In this document: one piece after another, positions 8,429-17,112 of the stretch
Position numbering within the stretch: the stretch's first letter is position 1
Layout: each line of letters starts with the position of its first letter
Source: a virus
Lineage: Duplodnaviria; Caudoviricetes
DNA: 64,000 nucleotides
Strand: one strand, 5' to 3'
Virus record (IMG/VR): IMGVR_UViG_3300033074_002135
Location: 6,445-70,444 of that record
Program-made: the position numbers and the translations under genes
Notes under the pieces: generated by a model
What the model saw: the letters and a program-made list of their open reading frames with translations, nothing else
Database searches by the model: none
Told to the model about the DNA's origin: nothing

Positions 8429-8839
8429 ATGGGGTATCTGAAGAAGCGTCTGATCGACGAAGTGCACCCAGGGTTCAGCGAGCGAAGCGACCGCGGGCGG
8501 CGCAGCCGCGAGAAGGGAACGACCTTCGAGCGGAAGGTCGCCCAGGCGCTTCGCCGTATCTGGCCCGAGGCGAAGCGCCTGTTCGGCCAGGCTCGTGAGG
8601 GCAACGAGGTCCCTGACATCGGGGGCACTCAGTTCTGGATCGAGTGCGCGAAGGGATCGACGCGCGCGATCCACGACAAGCTCAGGCAGGGGCTCAAGGA
8701 CTCGGCGTCGAGCCCGAGTCAGGAGTACCGAGGAGCTCCGGTGGTCGTCGTCAGCCATCACGGCGGCGTCGGCGAGACGATGGTGACGATGCGCCTCGAG
8801 GACTTCCTCGAGCTCTTCGAGGGTGGCGATGACGACTGA
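8429..8839 (+). CDS. Holliday junction resolvase, archaeal Hjc-like PD-(D/E)XK
   Basis: SREKGTTFERKVAQ, VPDI, WIECAK, TMRLEDFLEL. Confidence 0.8.
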   Translation: MGYLKKRLIDEVHPGFSERSDRGRRSREKGTTFERKVAQALRRIWPEAKRLFGQAREGNEVPDIGGTQFWIECAKGSTRAIHDKLRQGLKDSASSPSQEYRGAPVVVVSHHGGVGETMVTMRLEDFLELFEGGDDD

Positions 8840-9008
8840 CGCGATCCTCGGGGCTCTGGTTTGCCTCGCGGCGATGCTGCTGCCCGTCGTGATCTTCGTT
8901 TGGATCGCAGTCGCTGCAGCCCGCGCCGACGCAGGGCGCGAGCTCACCGACGAGGAATGGCGCGAGTGGCTCCGCCGTGTGCTGAGCGCGGACGATACCC
9001 AGCCGTAG
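8829..9008 (+). CDS. Small membrane protein
   Basis: Long hydrophobic stretch followed by a charged tail. Confidence 0.55.
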   Translation: MTTDAILGALVCLAAMLLPVVIFVWIAVAAARADAGRELTDEEWREWLRRVLSADDTQP

Positions 9009-9038
9009 AAGATCGCCGGAAGCGCGGAAGCCTAGGGC

Positions 9039-9230
9039 ATGGATCCGATCGCAGCGCTGAAGGCGCTACTCCAAGCTCTCGAGGCCGACGATGGCGAGGC
9101 CGTGCGCGCGCACGCCGAGGCCCTCGCCGAGTGGGAGCGCGCGGGCGGCTGGCGGCCCGGCCTCACGCCGTCCGACTATCGCAAGCTCTTCACCGAGCTC
9201 GCGCGCATCGCAGAGGAGTACATGCCGTGA
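9039..9230 (+). CDS. Hypothetical protein (63 aa)
   Basis: ORF with GTGA overlap downstream. Confidence 0.7.
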   Translation: MDPIAALKALLQALEADDGEAVRAHAEALAEWERAGGWRPGLTPSDYRKLFTELARIAEEYMP

Positions 9231-9445
9231 AGATCGAGACCAGCGGGCACTGCCTGCGCTGCGATGCCACGACGCAGTGGCGATCTGCAGACGGCTGGGC
9301 ATTCCACACGATGACGCAGCATTGGCGCTGCTCGGCCTGCGGCTGCGTGACGCAGCCGCACCTGTACCTTCCGGCGGACGCGCTCAAGCGGTTGCACGCG
9401 TTCGAGGAAGCGCGCCGCTCGGTGGTGCTCGAGGTCGAGCTGTAG
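9227..9445 (+). CDS. Zinc-ribbon protein (72 aa)
   Basis: CLRC and CSAC pairs; GAGGAG RBS, GTG start. Confidence 0.65.
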   Translation: MKIETSGHCLRCDATTQWRSADGWAFHTMTQHWRCSACGCVTQPHLYLPADALKRLHAFEEARRSVVLEVEL

Positions 9446-9451
9446 GAGGCC

Positions 9452-10375
9452 GTGTTGCACGTCGTCCCTCAGATCAACCTAGACCTCGAGTGGGCGCGCC
9501 GGCCGTATGGCATCGCGCGTGCTGCGCTCCTGCGCACGTTCAAGAAGCTCGTCGTCGACCGCGCGCTTTACTCATCTTCGAGCCGACGCGTCGGGCTCTA
9601 CGGCTCTGTCAGCACCTCGCCTTCTCGACCGGGTGTGCCGCCCCAGGCCGATCGTCTCTGGCTCTCGATCACCGAGTTTCCCATTCGCGATACGATGGAG
9701 CTCCCGTCGACTCGAAACCTCTCCCTTGAGGTGACCGTCGAGTCTGTTCCGCGCCCTGCGCTCGACCTGCGCTTCTACTCTTTCGAGAAGACCAGTCGTT
9801 CGATCATCCTCGGGGTGCTCGGCGTTGACGTTGCCCTGCGCGCGGAGGGACTCATCCCACCGCTACCCGAGTGGGCGCTCGCGTTGCTGCACCGCGTGCT
9901 GCCAGATCTGCGCACCACCTCGTTCATGCGCGCGCACGAGAGCGGCGTCAGCGCGACGCTCGGCTCGGTTATCGAGGACGGCGAGCGGCTCGTACTCAAG
10001 CTCGATCCTCGCGTTGGCTGGCGTCTGTACGCACCCACGAACGAGTGGAGCGACTCGTTTCCCCGATGGCGGCGCTTCGACGTGTCGCTCCTCGCGCCGC
10101 TCTTCGACGTGTACGAGTACCACGTGGCAGATCTCCCGTACCGCTTCGCGCTACACCTCCCCGACGGCCTGCCGACTGAGCTCTACACAGCCCACGAGTA
10201 CGTCACGGTCTTCACCGACAAGCTCTTCGGGTTGCTGCAGTACGTGCAGCGCACGCGCGTGCTCAGAAGCCGCACCGCCGGGCACTCACTCGAGATCGCC
10301 GACTCGGAAAGCATCGAAGCCGCCATCGAGCGCGTCTTCTCCCAACGAATCAGGGCCGCATATGAAGATCAGTGA
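9452..10375 (+). CDS. Hypothetical protein (307 aa)
   Basis: AGGAGG RBS; overlaps ligase start. Confidence 0.75.
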   Translation: MLHVVPQINLDLEWARRPYGIARAALLRTFKKLVVDRALYSSSSRRVGLYGSVSTSPSRPGVPPQADRLWLSITEFPIRDTMELPSTRNLSLEVTVESVPRPALDLRFYSFEKTSRSIILGVLGVDVALRAEGLIPPLPEWALALLHRVLPDLRTTSFMRAHESGVSATLGSVIEDGERLVLKLDPRVGWRLYAPTNEWSDSFPRWRRFDVSLLAPLFDVYEYHVADLPYRFALHLPDGLPTELYTAHEYVTVFTDKLFGLLQYVQRTRVLRSRTAGHSLEIADSESIEAAIERVFSQRIRAAYEDQ

Positions 10376-12344
10376 GCTCGAGAAGGTGATCCGTACGCAT
10401 CAGCGCGCGTACGACCTCGGGGAACCTACGATCACCGACGAAGCGTTCGACATCCTCGTCGAACGCCTGCGGGCACGCGCTCCCGACTCGCCGGTGCTCG
10501 CAGAGGTCGGGTCGGGGCCGAAGACCGGCAACGTCGTCGTGCACGAGCCCCGGATGCTCTCGCTCGGCAAGGTCTACGACCTGCCCGCGTTGGCGAAGTG
10601 GTGGAAGAGCACCAACGTCGCCAAGCTGCAGCGCGAGTCGGAAGGCGCCACGCTCCTTCACGTCCAGCCGAAGTACGACGGCGTCGCCGTCTCACTCGTC
10701 TACGAGAACGGCAGGCTCACCGACGCAGCGACTCGCGGAGACGGGGAGAAGGGCGACTCGATCATCGCGCTCGCGCGACGCCTTGGTGAGCTCCCCTCTG
10801 GGATTCCTTTGAAGATCAAGTCCAACCAGCGCGTGCTGGTGCGCGGTGAGATCGCGATCCCGCGGTCGGTGTTCATGGCATCGTGGACCGACACCTACGC
10901 GACGCCTCGAAACATGGCAGCAGGGATCGTGTCGTCCGACCCGATGCGCTACAACGGCGTGCTGAAGCACGTGCGCTTCATCGCGTACGACACGATCTTC
11001 CTCGACGAGCCCGATACCACGTACACGCGGAAGTACGAGAAGCTGAGCGCGTGGGGCTTCACGATCCCCGAGTCCCGCGAGGTGACCACGTTCGACGAGC
11101 TCCACGCAGCCGTGACGATGGACTGGAGCTCGCTGGTCGACTACGAGCTCGACGGCGTAGTCGCGAAGATCGAAGACCCTTCGCTGCGTCAGAAGCTCGG
11201 CGCGACCGACCACCATCCTCGGTGGGCGACCGCGTGGAAGTACCAAGGGCAGACGGGGCAGACGACGCTCATCGGCGTCGCGTGGAACGTCTCACGCACG
11301 GGTGCCGTGACCCCGGTTGCCGTGATGGAGCCGATCGAGCTCAGCGGTGTCGTCGTCACGCGCGCCACCCTCCACAACGCAGCGACCTTCGTCGACCTCG
11401 GGCCGCGAGTCAGGTCTGTTCTCCAAGTGACGAGGCGCGGAGGGGTCATCCCCCATGTCGAGAGCGTTGCGCACCCGGTCGACAAGCAGCCGGCCTTCGA
11501 GCTCCCACGCAACTGCCCCGCGTGCGGTGCTGCTCTTGGGTGGAAGGGCGTCAATCTGGTCTGCTCCAACGCCAGCGCGCAAGCTCCCGTGGGAATCACG
11601 ATCTGCTCCGGCATCCTGCGTGAGCAGATCCACTACTGGTGCAAGATGACCGGGATGCTCGGCATCGGACCCGAAGCCGTCGACAAGCTCGTCGACTCGT
11701 GCGGCGTCAAGGAGATCGCAGACCTCTACACGCTGAAGGTTCGCACGCTCCGCGACGCAGGCTTCGGCCCGAAGCAGACAGCGCTCATCCTCGAGGAGAT
11801 CGAGAAGACCCTTGTGCTCGACGCACCCACCTTCTTGACTGCCCTCGGGATCGCAAGCATCGGCCGCGTTGCGGCGCGCGAGCTCGCCGATGCGTTCGAT
11901 TGGGAAACGTTCAAGTTCAAGACCGGCGCGCTCGAGGTGTCACGCCGCACGCAGAGCGCTCGCTCCGCCCTCATGCTTCACCACGGGCGCATCGAGAAGA
12001 TCCTCGCGCACGTGCGCATCGAGGACCCCGAAGGCTCGTCGATGTCCAGCGCACCCGCCGGCAGCCCGTTCGCTGGGCAGATCGTGGTGTTCACCGGGGC
12101 GCTGAGCTCGATGGAGCGACCGGCTGCGTGGGATCTGGTCAGGCGCTTCGGCGGGCAGTACGCGGACTCGCTCACGCGCAAGACGACGATGCTCGTGGTC
12201 GGCGACGACGCGAGCCCGCAACAGCTCGGGAAGCGGACGAAGGCGGCCGACTACAACTCACGCGGTCTCGCGAAGATCGCGCTGCTGACCGAGAGCGACT
12301 TCTTGGCGCTCGTGAAGCAGGCAGACGCTCTCACCTCCAGCTAG
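10362..12344 (+). CDS. ligA: NAD-dependent DNA ligase
   Basis: AY...PTITDEAFD (domain Ia), MLSL, PKYDG adenylation motif, TRGDG, VRGE, RNMAAG, DGVVAK, SRTG..TPV, ATLHN, CPAC zinc finger, BRCT VFTG. Confidence 0.97.
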   Translation: MKISELEKVIRTHQRAYDLGEPTITDEAFDILVERLRARAPDSPVLAEVGSGPKTGNVVVHEPRMLSLGKVYDLPALAKWWKSTNVAKLQRESEGATLLHVQPKYDGVAVSLVYENGRLTDAATRGDGEKGDSIIALARRLGELPSGIPLKIKSNQRVLVRGEIAIPRSVFMASWTDTYATPRNMAAGIVSSDPMRYNGVLKHVRFIAYDTIFLDEPDTTYTRKYEKLSAWGFTIPESREVTTFDELHAAVTMDWSSLVDYELDGVVAKIEDPSLRQKLGATDHHPRWATAWKYQGQTGQTTLIGVAWNVSRTGAVTPVAVMEPIELSGVVVTRATLHNAATFVDLGPRVRSVLQVTRRGGVIPHVESVAHPVDKQPAFELPRNCPACGAALGWKGVNLVCSNASAQAPVGITICSGILREQIHYWCKMTGMLGIGPEAVDKLVDSCGVKEIADLYTLKVRTLRDAGFGPKQTALILEEIEKTLVLDAPTFLTALGIASIGRVAARELADAFDWETFKFKTGALEVSRRTQSARSALMLHHGRIEKILAHVRIEDPEGSSMSSAPAGSPFAGQIVVFTGALSSMERPAAWDLVRRFGGQYADSLTRKTTMLVVGDDASPQQLGKRTKAADYNSRGLAKIALLTESDFLALVKQADALTSS

Positions 12345-12353
12345 AACAGGTCG

Positions 12354-12899
12354 ATGCGACTCACAGCACTCACCCTCCTTGCGGCGCTCGCCGCGTTCTC
12401 CCCCGTCACCTCACAACCGAGGCCGACCCCGGCGCGCGTGCACGCAGCGGCGTGCGTCGGCGAGCTCGGCTGGACCGCTCCCGACGACGCGTGCGCCAGC
12501 ATGGTCGAGGTCCACGTCGCCCGCGCGGGCGCGGTACGCCCCGAGACGGTCGCCCTACGCTTCTCAGCGGCGCTCAGGCGGCCTCCGCGCCATCGCCGCT
12601 GGGTACCCCAGCTCATGACCGCTACGCGGCGCCAGGCGCCGGCTGCGTGGCCGGAACGCCTCCCCTGGGCGTCGTGGCGGATGGACGCGCTCGAGCGGTA
12701 CGAGGCCGTGGCGGCGGCAGTACTTGCGGGCGAGCGCGCTCCTGCGTGCCCCGGCTGCGTCGACTACGGCGGGCTGATGGACGAGCCCGCCCCGCATCTC
12801 GAAGAGGTGCGCCGCTTCGTGGTGCGCTCGTGCGAGGGCCTTCGAGGATGTCGACCTGCTGCGCAGGTCTTCTACAGGAGACGATCAGATGGCTCGTGA
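12354..12899 (+). CDS. Secreted SleB/Hydrolase_2-like cell wall hydrolase
   Basis: Signal peptide; ACVGELG (catalytic Glu position), ..RFS, AVAAAVLAGE..P..G..Y, terminal QVFYR follow the SleB pattern. Confidence 0.6.
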   Translation: MRLTALTLLAALAAFSPVTSQPRPTPARVHAAACVGELGWTAPDDACASMVEVHVARAGAVRPETVALRFSAALRRPPRHRRWVPQLMTATRRQAPAAWPERLPWASWRMDALERYEAVAAAVLAGERAPACPGCVDYGGLMDEPAPHLEEVRRFVVRSCEGLRGCRPAAQVFYRRRSDGS

Positions 12900-13284
12900 A
12901 ATCTCAGACATGGAAGTCGACCACCCCTACTACTGCAACCTCGGCAACTACCACACCGGGGCTCTGACGACCTTCATGGACTGGCCGAGCTTCGTCGCCG
13001 AGTGGGGCGATGCCGATCTGGACTACAACCTCGTCTTCCGCTGGGATCTGAAACCGCCGGGGGACGCGGAAGCCTACGACGAGGATGACCGGCCGCGCGG
13101 CCGCGTGCTCGAGGTGTTCATCATGCTCCAGCGGAAGGGCAGCTTCATCCCCATCGAGGTGCTCAACGTCCAAGACGAGGAGATCGAGGCGATTCGCGCA
13201 TGGCTGCAGCCGCGATGGGAGTACCTGCGGAAGCTCTGGGCGCCGCTGAGCGGCGTGGAGATCACGAAAGGCGAGGACGACTGA
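12889..13284 (+). CDS. Phage hypothetical protein (HPYYC..NY / WGDADLDYNLVFRWD)
   Basis: AGGAG RBS; motif-rich, GC3-biased ORF. Confidence 0.8.
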   Translation: MAREISDMEVDHPYYCNLGNYHTGALTTFMDWPSFVAEWGDADLDYNLVFRWDLKPPGDAEAYDEDDRPRGRVLEVFIMLQRKGSFIPIEVLNVQDEEIEAIRAWLQPRWEYLRKLWAPLSGVEITKGEDD

Positions 13285-13790
13285 TGACCGACGACGAGAA
13301 GAAAGCTCAGTACGAGGCGTGGCGCGCGCAGTGGATGGAGCGCGCCAAGACCGTCAGCTCGATGGAAGACCTCACGAACTTCCTCGGTGAGCTGATCGAC
13401 TTCAAGCACGACTACAATACGATCGTCGAGGCCGTCGTCGCGGGGATGTACGCGACGCTGAAGGCGCTCGACCGGTCGAAGGCTGGCGGCCTGAGCGGCT
13501 TCCAAGCGTCGGTCATCGGGCTGAAGCTGCTGGCCGAGATCAACGGATGGCGTGGTCCCTTCCGTGTGCTGGTCTACAACAACATGCTGTTCCCGCAGTA
13601 CGCGGATCGATTCGAGCGCACGATCGACCCCTCGACGTGGTCGTGGCTGCGCGACGAGGCCAAGCGCCTGCTCACCGAGACGCGCGACGAGCCGGTCGGG
13701 CCGAGCCCGCGGGTGGTGGCCCACTGGAAGTCGATCGTCGAGGGCTTTCAGATCCCCTTCGGCTACACCCTCGCGAAGAAGGACACCTGA
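13284..13790 (+). CDS. Hypothetical protein (168 aa)
   Basis: TGATG coupling, GAGGA RBS. Confidence 0.8.
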   Translation: MTDDEKKAQYEAWRAQWMERAKTVSSMEDLTNFLGELIDFKHDYNTIVEAVVAGMYATLKALDRSKAGGLSGFQASVIGLKLLAEINGWRGPFRVLVYNNMLFPQYADRFERTIDPSTWSWLRDEAKRLLTETRDEPVGPSPRVVAHWKSIVEGFQIPFGYTLAKKDT

Positions 13791-14131
13791 TGAGTCGCCT
13801 TCCGTCAGGACTCGTCATCCGCACCGAGAAGCTCGAGGCGACCGACGAGCAGCCGACGCGCATTCGTGCGCTTGTGTCCAACAGCACGACCGAGGCGGGT
13901 GCAGTCGTGCCTTACGATCACAGCCTCTCGTTGTACGCGAACCACGAGCGCGCGTTCCGCGCGCTCTGCGCAAAGCTAGCGACCGTCGTAGGTAGCAAGT
14001 GGGTCGGGTCGCCCTTCGAGCACGGCTATCTCTTCCTGCGCGTGTTCAACGCGCCACCAGGCAACCAGCACCCGATGGCCCACGATCTGATCACCATTAC
14101 TAAGGAGGAGCCCGATGCTGCAGGTCGCTGA
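13790..14131 (+). CDS. Phage hypothetical protein (113 aa)
   Basis: TGATG coupling; PTRIRA..VPYDHSLS..NH motif. Confidence 0.7.
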   Translation: MSRLPSGLVIRTEKLEATDEQPTRIRALVSNSTTEAGAVVPYDHSLSLYANHERAFRALCAKLATVVGSKWVGSPFEHGYLFLRVFNAPPGNQHPMAHDLITITKEEPDAAGR

Positions 14132-14447
14132 CGCCGTGAAGGAAGCGATGCACCTCGTCACCCAGGAGTTCGGCGCGACCCTCGCGCAAGAGATCGAGGC
14201 TGCATCGAAGCAGCCCGCGGGCATCGAGCTCAAGCTCAACCTGCTGATCGATCGGGACAGCAAGCTCGCGGTCTCAGTCTTCCTGAACGGCAAGCTCGTG
14301 CGTTCGCGCGCGCTTCCTTACCACGCGTGGTGGGTGATGTCGCTGGTCTTCGGCTCGCTCGAGTTGCGCAGCATGGCGCTTCGCGGAGTACCTCTCCGCG
14401 TCGAGTTGCCGCCGAGACGCCCACACCCGAAGTACCCACAGCGTTGA
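14115..14447 (+). CDS. Hypothetical protein (110 aa)
   Basis: AAGGAGG RBS. Confidence 0.75.
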   Translation: MLQVADAVKEAMHLVTQEFGATLAQEIEAASKQPAGIELKLNLLIDRDSKLAVSVFLNGKLVRSRALPYHAWWVMSLVFGSLELRSMALRGVPLRVELPPRRPHPKYPQR

Positions 14448-14471
14448 CAGCGCTCGGCAGATCTGTAGGAT
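14444..14471 (+). promoter_or_regulatory. Sigma70-type promoter candidate
   Basis: TTGACA-16 nt-TAGGAT upstream of ORF 14484. Confidence 0.55.
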
Positions 14472-14483
14472 AGAGAAACTCCC

Positions 14484-14696
14484 ATGGTTGCAGTGCTCGC
14501 GATCTTCGTGCTCCTGACCATTGTTGCGGCCTTGGTCGGTCTGCTCGATCGCGAACAGGCAATCATCGGCCCGCATCGCTCACACACCCCTCCAGCGATG
14601 CGGGCCGTTCGGGAGAGCTCGCAGCTCGAGCTCACACCGAGGTCGCGTCGACCCTCGACGCTCTCCCACCCCTGGTCCGGTCGATGGCTCCCATGA
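14484..14696 (+). CDS. Small membrane-anchored protein (70 aa)
   Basis: N-terminal TM segment VAVLAIFVLLTIVAALVGLL. Confidence 0.5.
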   Translation: MVAVLAIFVLLTIVAALVGLLDREQAIIGPHRSHTPPAMRAVRESSQLELTPRSRRPSTLSHPWSGRWLP

Positions 14697-14745
14697 CCCC
14701 GAGCGGGTAGCGCCCGCACCCGACAAGGGCACCACACCAAAACTC

Positions 14746-14781
14746 GAAACCCCCGGAGAGGTGCTCCGGGGGTTTCTTCTT
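14746..14781. terminator. Probably bidirectional intrinsic terminator between the convergent arms
   Basis: Perfect 13-bp stem GAAACCCCCGGAG/CTCCGGGGGTTTC, T-rich on the right and A-rich on the left. Confidence 0.8.
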
Positions 14782-14782
14782 G

Positions 14783-15616
14783 TCAGCGGATCGGCTTGCC
14801 GGTGGGGTTGAAGCCCTCGCGCCAGAGGGCCTCGAAGGGCTGAGTCCCCGGATCCCACTTCTCTGCGTGCGTGTGGAAGTGGCCCAGCACGCCCTCGAAC
14901 TTGGCTGCCCGCTCCCACCGATCGGTGTCGCGGTCGAAGAGAGGCAGCCACCAGAAGCCGGCGTGCTCGACGGCGACGGCGCGGATCACTTCGCTGGCGC
15001 GAGCTTCCTCTGCTGCCTCACGCGACGTGAAGCTCTGCCACGGGATGCGCCGAGGAATGTTCATCAGCCCGCAGAGCGTCTCGACGAGCCAGAGCAGGTC
15101 GTGCAAGGCATCGGGGTGCATCGACACGAGGTGCGTGGTCTCGGCGTGGATGGATGCTCGGTAGACATCTCGAGGCTCGCTCCAATCGAGCTCGGTGCGG
15201 TCCAGCAGGTCCGACCCGCGCATGTCTTCCTTCGCAGCAAAGCCTCGAGAGATGTACGAGATCGCGAACGCTTGGAAGTTGGCGATCCCCGCGTGCGCGG
15301 TCCGCGTGTTCACCGGATCGGCGAGCTGGTAGACGCCTCGCCGACCAGGGCGGAGCGCGGAGTCGACCATGAAGTCGTAACTGAGCTCGCGCTGTTGCAG
15401 CGTGTCGACCACGCTCCACTTCGCATCCGGGTCCACCGAGCGCACCGGAACGTTCTCCGAACCGGCCCAATGGATCATGATGGCTCGAGGAGCGAAGTCG
15501 CGCCGGCGCGTGTTCTTGTTGGCGCCGGGGTGGAAGATCAGGCGGCCCTTGTCGTCGCGAACCTGCTGGACGGTGCTGCCCTCGACCTTGAACTCGCGGC
15601 CGCCGAGTACGATCAC
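14783..15616 (-). CDS. Endolysin, N-acetylmuramoyl-L-alanine amidase (Amidase_2 type)
   Basis: IHWAG, SYDFMVD, TAHAG, VLGHFH, KWDPG motifs; GAGGTGG RBS and GTGA overlap at 15616. Confidence 0.85.
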   Translation of the reverse strand: MIVLGGREFKVEGSTVQQVRDDKGRLIFHPGANKNTRRRDFAPRAIMIHWAGSENVPVRSVDPDAKWSVVDTLQQRELSYDFMVDSALRPGRRGVYQLADPVNTRTAHAGIANFQAFAISYISRGFAAKEDMRGSDLLDRTELDWSEPRDVYRASIHAETTHLVSMHPDALHDLLWLVETLCGLMNIPRRIPWQSFTSREAAEEARASEVIRAVAVEHAGFWWLPLFDRDTDRWERAAKFEGVLGHFHTHAEKWDPGTQPFEALWREGFNPTGKPIR

Positions 15617-16071
15617 GACGCCACCTCGGCGTCGGCGTAGCAGTTCGTCGTCTCCCAGACGCGCACCTTCACCACGCGGATGTGATCGAAGCCGGCGTCG
15701 TCGAGAAGCTGCTGCCCTTTTCGCAAGAGCGCCGCGGCGATGTTCTCGGCGGTCGGCTCGGTCTCGAGCACGTACGGCAGGCGCTTCCCGAGTCGCTTCG
15801 CTTCGTCGGCGCACCACTCAAGCAGCGACGCGTCCTGGCATCCAACGAGTGTGGTGTGATCCCAATGCTCGTCGACCCAAGCGCCGATGATCGTCTTCAT
15901 CACGCCGAAGTCGATCACGCGCCCCACCGCATCGAGCTCGTTGGCTTCGCAGGTGATCTCCGCGACGTACCGGTGGCCGTGAAGCGTGCCACACTTGCTC
16001 TCGTGGCGAAGCACGCGGTGCGCGGCATCCCACGCCACCTTGCGCGTTGCGCTGATCTTGATTCCACTCAT
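15613..16071 (-). CDS. queD: 6-carboxy-5,6,7,8-tetrahydropterin synthase (QueD/PTPS)
   Basis: DAAHR, KCGTLHGHRY, VIDFG, WDH, PTAENIA, VWET. Confidence 0.93.
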   Translation of the reverse strand: MSGIKISATRKVAWDAAHRVLRHESKCGTLHGHRYVAEITCEANELDAVGRVIDFGVMKTIIGAWVDEHWDHTTLVGCQDASLLEWCADEAKRLGKRLPYVLETEPTAENIAAALLRKGQQLLDDAGFDHIRVVKVRVWETTNCYADAEVAS

Positions 16072-16466
16072 GCAGGCTCCGTGATCGGTCGGTCGATGTG
16101 GATGTAGAACGAGGTCGAGTAGAACACGTCGGTCCCCTCGACGAAGCGGATGTCGGCTTCCCCGCAGCCGAGCGGCCACTCTGCGGTGTCAGCAGAGATC
16201 GTGAACTTGCCGGGGTTCGCGACCTGATCCGGGTCGGGTGTGACGGTGAGCGCAATCGGATCGCTCCCGCAGAAGAAAGAGATACTCGCGCTGAGCGTCA
16301 GCCCGGCGAGCGAGATGAACCTCCCTCGAGCGCCATAGCGACCCTCGAGCTCGAAGGTGGTTCCCCGCTTGAAGCGGAACGAGACCGCCGCTGCATCGCA
16401 AGCAGAAGAGGCGAGCCGCACGAACGACTCGCCTCCTCCGATGATGCCCAAGAGTACCGAGCTCAC
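16068..16466 (-). CDS. BppU N-terminal-like beta-sandwich virion protein
   Basis: KRGTTFELE...GKFTISADTAEWPLG...DIRF pattern. Confidence 0.6.
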   Translation of the reverse strand: MSSVLLGIIGGGESFVRLASSACDAAAVSFRFKRGTTFELEGRYGARGRFISLAGLTLSASISFFCGSDPIALTVTPDPDQVANPGKFTISADTAEWPLGCGEADIRFVEGTDVFYSTSFYIHIDRPITEPA

Positions 16467-16675
16467 TCGTCCTCCGAGAAGGCGCCCCGCTCCCGGCGTG
16501 CGCGCTCGAACGCTTCACGCATCGCGTCTGCGTTCACGTTCATGTCCTTCGGCGGGTTGTCGATCAGGTTGCGGAGCTCGGCGATGAGCTCTTCGGCGAC
16601 CTCAGCCTTCGATCGATTGGTTGCAGCGGCGACGAGGTCGATGATGCCGCCGACGATCTGGAGACCTTCCTTCAC
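16463..16675 (-). CDS. Hypothetical protein (70 aa)
   Basis: GTGA/ATGA coupling. Confidence 0.7.
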   Translation of the reverse strand: MKEGLQIVGGIIDLVAAATNRSKAEVAEELIAELRNLIDNPPKDMNVNADAMREAFERARRERGAFSEDE

Positions 16676-17112
16676 TCCTCACCTCCCACCAGACGGTCGA
16701 GTACCGGAGGCAGTCTGGGGGCGTCGACCCCCAGCTCGCGTAGAGCCCCCGAGACGCCTCTGTAGAGCTGCGCGAGCTGCCGGGCCCACTGAAGGACGTC
16801 CGCGATGTCCGGGCGGCGCTCAGCGGCGGCTGCTTCGAGGACGGCAGTCAGGTAGCCCCGCCAGGCGGTCACCGCGAGCTTGTGGGAGCTCTTGACGGCC
16901 AAGCAGCGCTCGACGTGCTGTTCGTGCGCCTCGGGGCTCACGCCGGCCGCCCCCATCGTCGCAGAGACGGTGGGGGAGCAGGCGGCCTCACCCATGTCGG
17001 CGGCGAGGTCCAGCGCGGCGCGTGACGTGGTGCCCGCGTAGATGTGGGCGCGGAGGGCTGAGCTCGAGCACGCGGTGAGCGCGAGGAGCGCGACGAGAAC
17101 AAGAGCTCTCAC
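16672..17112 (-). CDS. Lipoprotein in lysis region (outer-membrane spanin-like candidate)
   Basis: MRALVLVALLALTAC lipobox; position between holin-like and endolysin genes. Confidence 0.65.
   Translation of the reverse strand: MRALVLVALLALTACSSSALRAHIYAGTTSRAALDLAADMGEAACSPTVSATMGAAGVSPEAHEQHVERCLAVKSSHKLAVTAWRGYLTAVLEAAAAERRPDIADVLQWARQLAQLYRGVSGALRELGVDAPRLPPVLDRLVGGEE

Noticed and set aside
8316-8441. 41-aa ORF MMGTSGSKK...
   Set aside because: ATGA-coupled but very short, atypical codons and no motif; not enough support to list
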